Positions 6,778 to 8,184 of a stretch of DNA of 8,184 nucleotides are shown piece after piece (position 1 is the stretch's first letter; each line of letters begins with the position of its first letter). Made by a program: the position numbers and the translations under genes. Under the pieces are notes generated by a model that did not search any database, had not been told where the DNA came from, and was given only the letters and a program-made list of their open reading frames with translations. Source of the DNA: Octopus sinensis (taxonomy: Eukaryota); contig NW_021828488.1 in the NCBI RefSeq assembly GCF_006345805.1, positions 1-8,184 on the forward strand, written 5' to 3'.

Positions 6778-6872
6778 TGTGCATTTGAATGCACTTCGTT
6801 GCACTGTAATACATCACTTTGCACCGTGTTGCACTGTCTTTGCACCGTGTTGCACTATGCAGCACTGTGCAT
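6778..6872. repeat. Degenerate ~10-bp minisatellite (unit ~ttgcactgtg)
   Basis: gca(c/t) recurs at 6781, 6791, 6801, 6821, 6831, 6842, 6852 and 6862. Exact 19-bp direct repeat ctttgcaccgtgttgcact at 6817-6835 and 6838-6856. Confidence 0.8.
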
Positions 6873-7003
6873 CAATGTGGCTTACAGTTGCTCATTTAAT
6901 TTAGCACCCATCGCTGCTATCCCATCATACCCCGCGCGCCAGATAATCATCTACTTTCACTTTCGGTACTCGTATACTAACTTCTGTCCTACTCGCTATC
7001 ATC

Positions 7004-7332
7004 CCCCTTCCCACCCTCTCTCCTTCTCTCTCCCTCCCCCTCTCCCCCCTCTCTCTCTGCATTTTCGTACGCATTTCCCTCTCACTTTCAAACTCTCTCC
7101 GTCTCTCTTATCTCCCTGTCCTTCTCATTATTCTATCATTCTTTCTTTCTCTTTCTATTCTCCTAACACCTCCTCTCTCTTTCGCTATATTATCCCTCCC
7201 TCTCACATCGTTCTGTCATTCTTTCCTTCTCTTTCTCTCTTCTTACAGAGTCACTCACCCTGCTATTCGGCAATTTCTCTTTCCTGCATATTCTCTGGCT
7301 GTGTGCCTGTGTGCCTGTCTGCCTGTCAGTCA

Positions 7333-7383
<51 letters not shown>
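7004..7383. repeat. CT-rich low-complexity tract ending in (GTCT)n(CT)n
   Basis: Read directly. Confidence 0.88.
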
Positions 7384-7414
<31 letters not shown>

Positions 7415-7930
7415 TTGTATGAATATATATATATATATATATATTATATACATACATACATACACACACACACAACACATTCATACATACATTCGTGCAT
7501 ACATACATGCACACACGCACATACATTCAGACATGCGTATGTACACACACATACATACATACACACATACGTACACACATACATACACACATACATACAG
7601 ACATACACATGCGTACATACATACATACATATATGCATACACACATACATACATACACATACATACACGCATACATACATGCATACACACATACATACAT
7701 ACACACATACACACATACATACAGACATACACATACATACACACATACACACACATACATACATACATACATACATATACGCATACATACATACACGCAT
7801 ACATACATGCATACACACACACACACATACACACATACATACAGACATACACATACATACACACATACACATACATACACACATACACATACATACATAC
7901 ATACATACACGCATACATACACATACATAC
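7384..7930. repeat. (TA)n(TG)n followed by a ~480-bp (CATA)/(CA) compound microsatellite
   Basis: Read directly; accounts for all the MCVY/HTYI-rich ORFs. Confidence 0.95.
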
Positions 7931-7939
7931 CTATGTGAT

Positions 7940-8102
7940 ATCTCTGTCTTTGTTTCTCTCTCTCTCTCTCCGTCACCTCCCATTATTTTCCCCATCTCTC
8001 TTCTCCCAATCTCTCTACACTCCCCCCTTCACTCACTCTCACTCTCTGTTTCTCTTTCTTCCTTTCCCCGTTTCTTTCTTTCCTTCTTTCTTTCCTTTCC
8101 TT
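7940..8102. repeat. CT-rich low-complexity tract
   Basis: Read directly. Confidence 0.88.
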
Positions 8103-8184
8103 ACTCATCGATATTACCTTGCTATTACAGTCACTTTGCATCCTGCTTTGCCATTTTCAGCACCACTCGCCGCCGCCACCACCA

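Noticed and set aside
6778-6872. Metal response element cluster or CRISPR-like array
   Set aside because: Units do not match TGCRCNC, and there are no unique spacers of constant length.
5150-7995. Long ORFs rich in SL, poly-Thr/His/Pro/Val and MCVY repeats
   Set aside because: Simple repeats lacking stop codons in several frames; no domain-like content.

Overview
Eukaryotic, repeat-saturated, apparently non-coding (intronic or intergenic) DNA. The SINE families and the very high microsatellite load match, from memory, octopus (coleoid cephalopod) genomes; this assignment was not checked by search. I recognise no protein-coding gene, and the listed ORFs are by-products of SINEs and microsatellites. 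Bases 1-5060 are mostly two stacks of retroelements joined by (AAT)n tracts. They hold two copies of an uncharacterised ~540-bp structured element ('A'), about seven full, partial or dimeric copies of a tRNA-derived SINE ('B', all on the minus strand), and two near-complete copies of a second SINE ('C') in inverted orientation, one nested in a B copy with a short target-site duplication. A third, CORE-like SINE ('D') lies at about 5736-5970. Bases 5236-8184 are mainly alternating CT-rich, GA-rich, (TAG)n, (GGT)n and (CATA/CA)n tracts. A few CpG-rich islands carry plus-strand splice signals and may be exons. The best leads are element A and the inverted SINE C pair bracketing two candidate exons; both are hypotheses, not an established new system.
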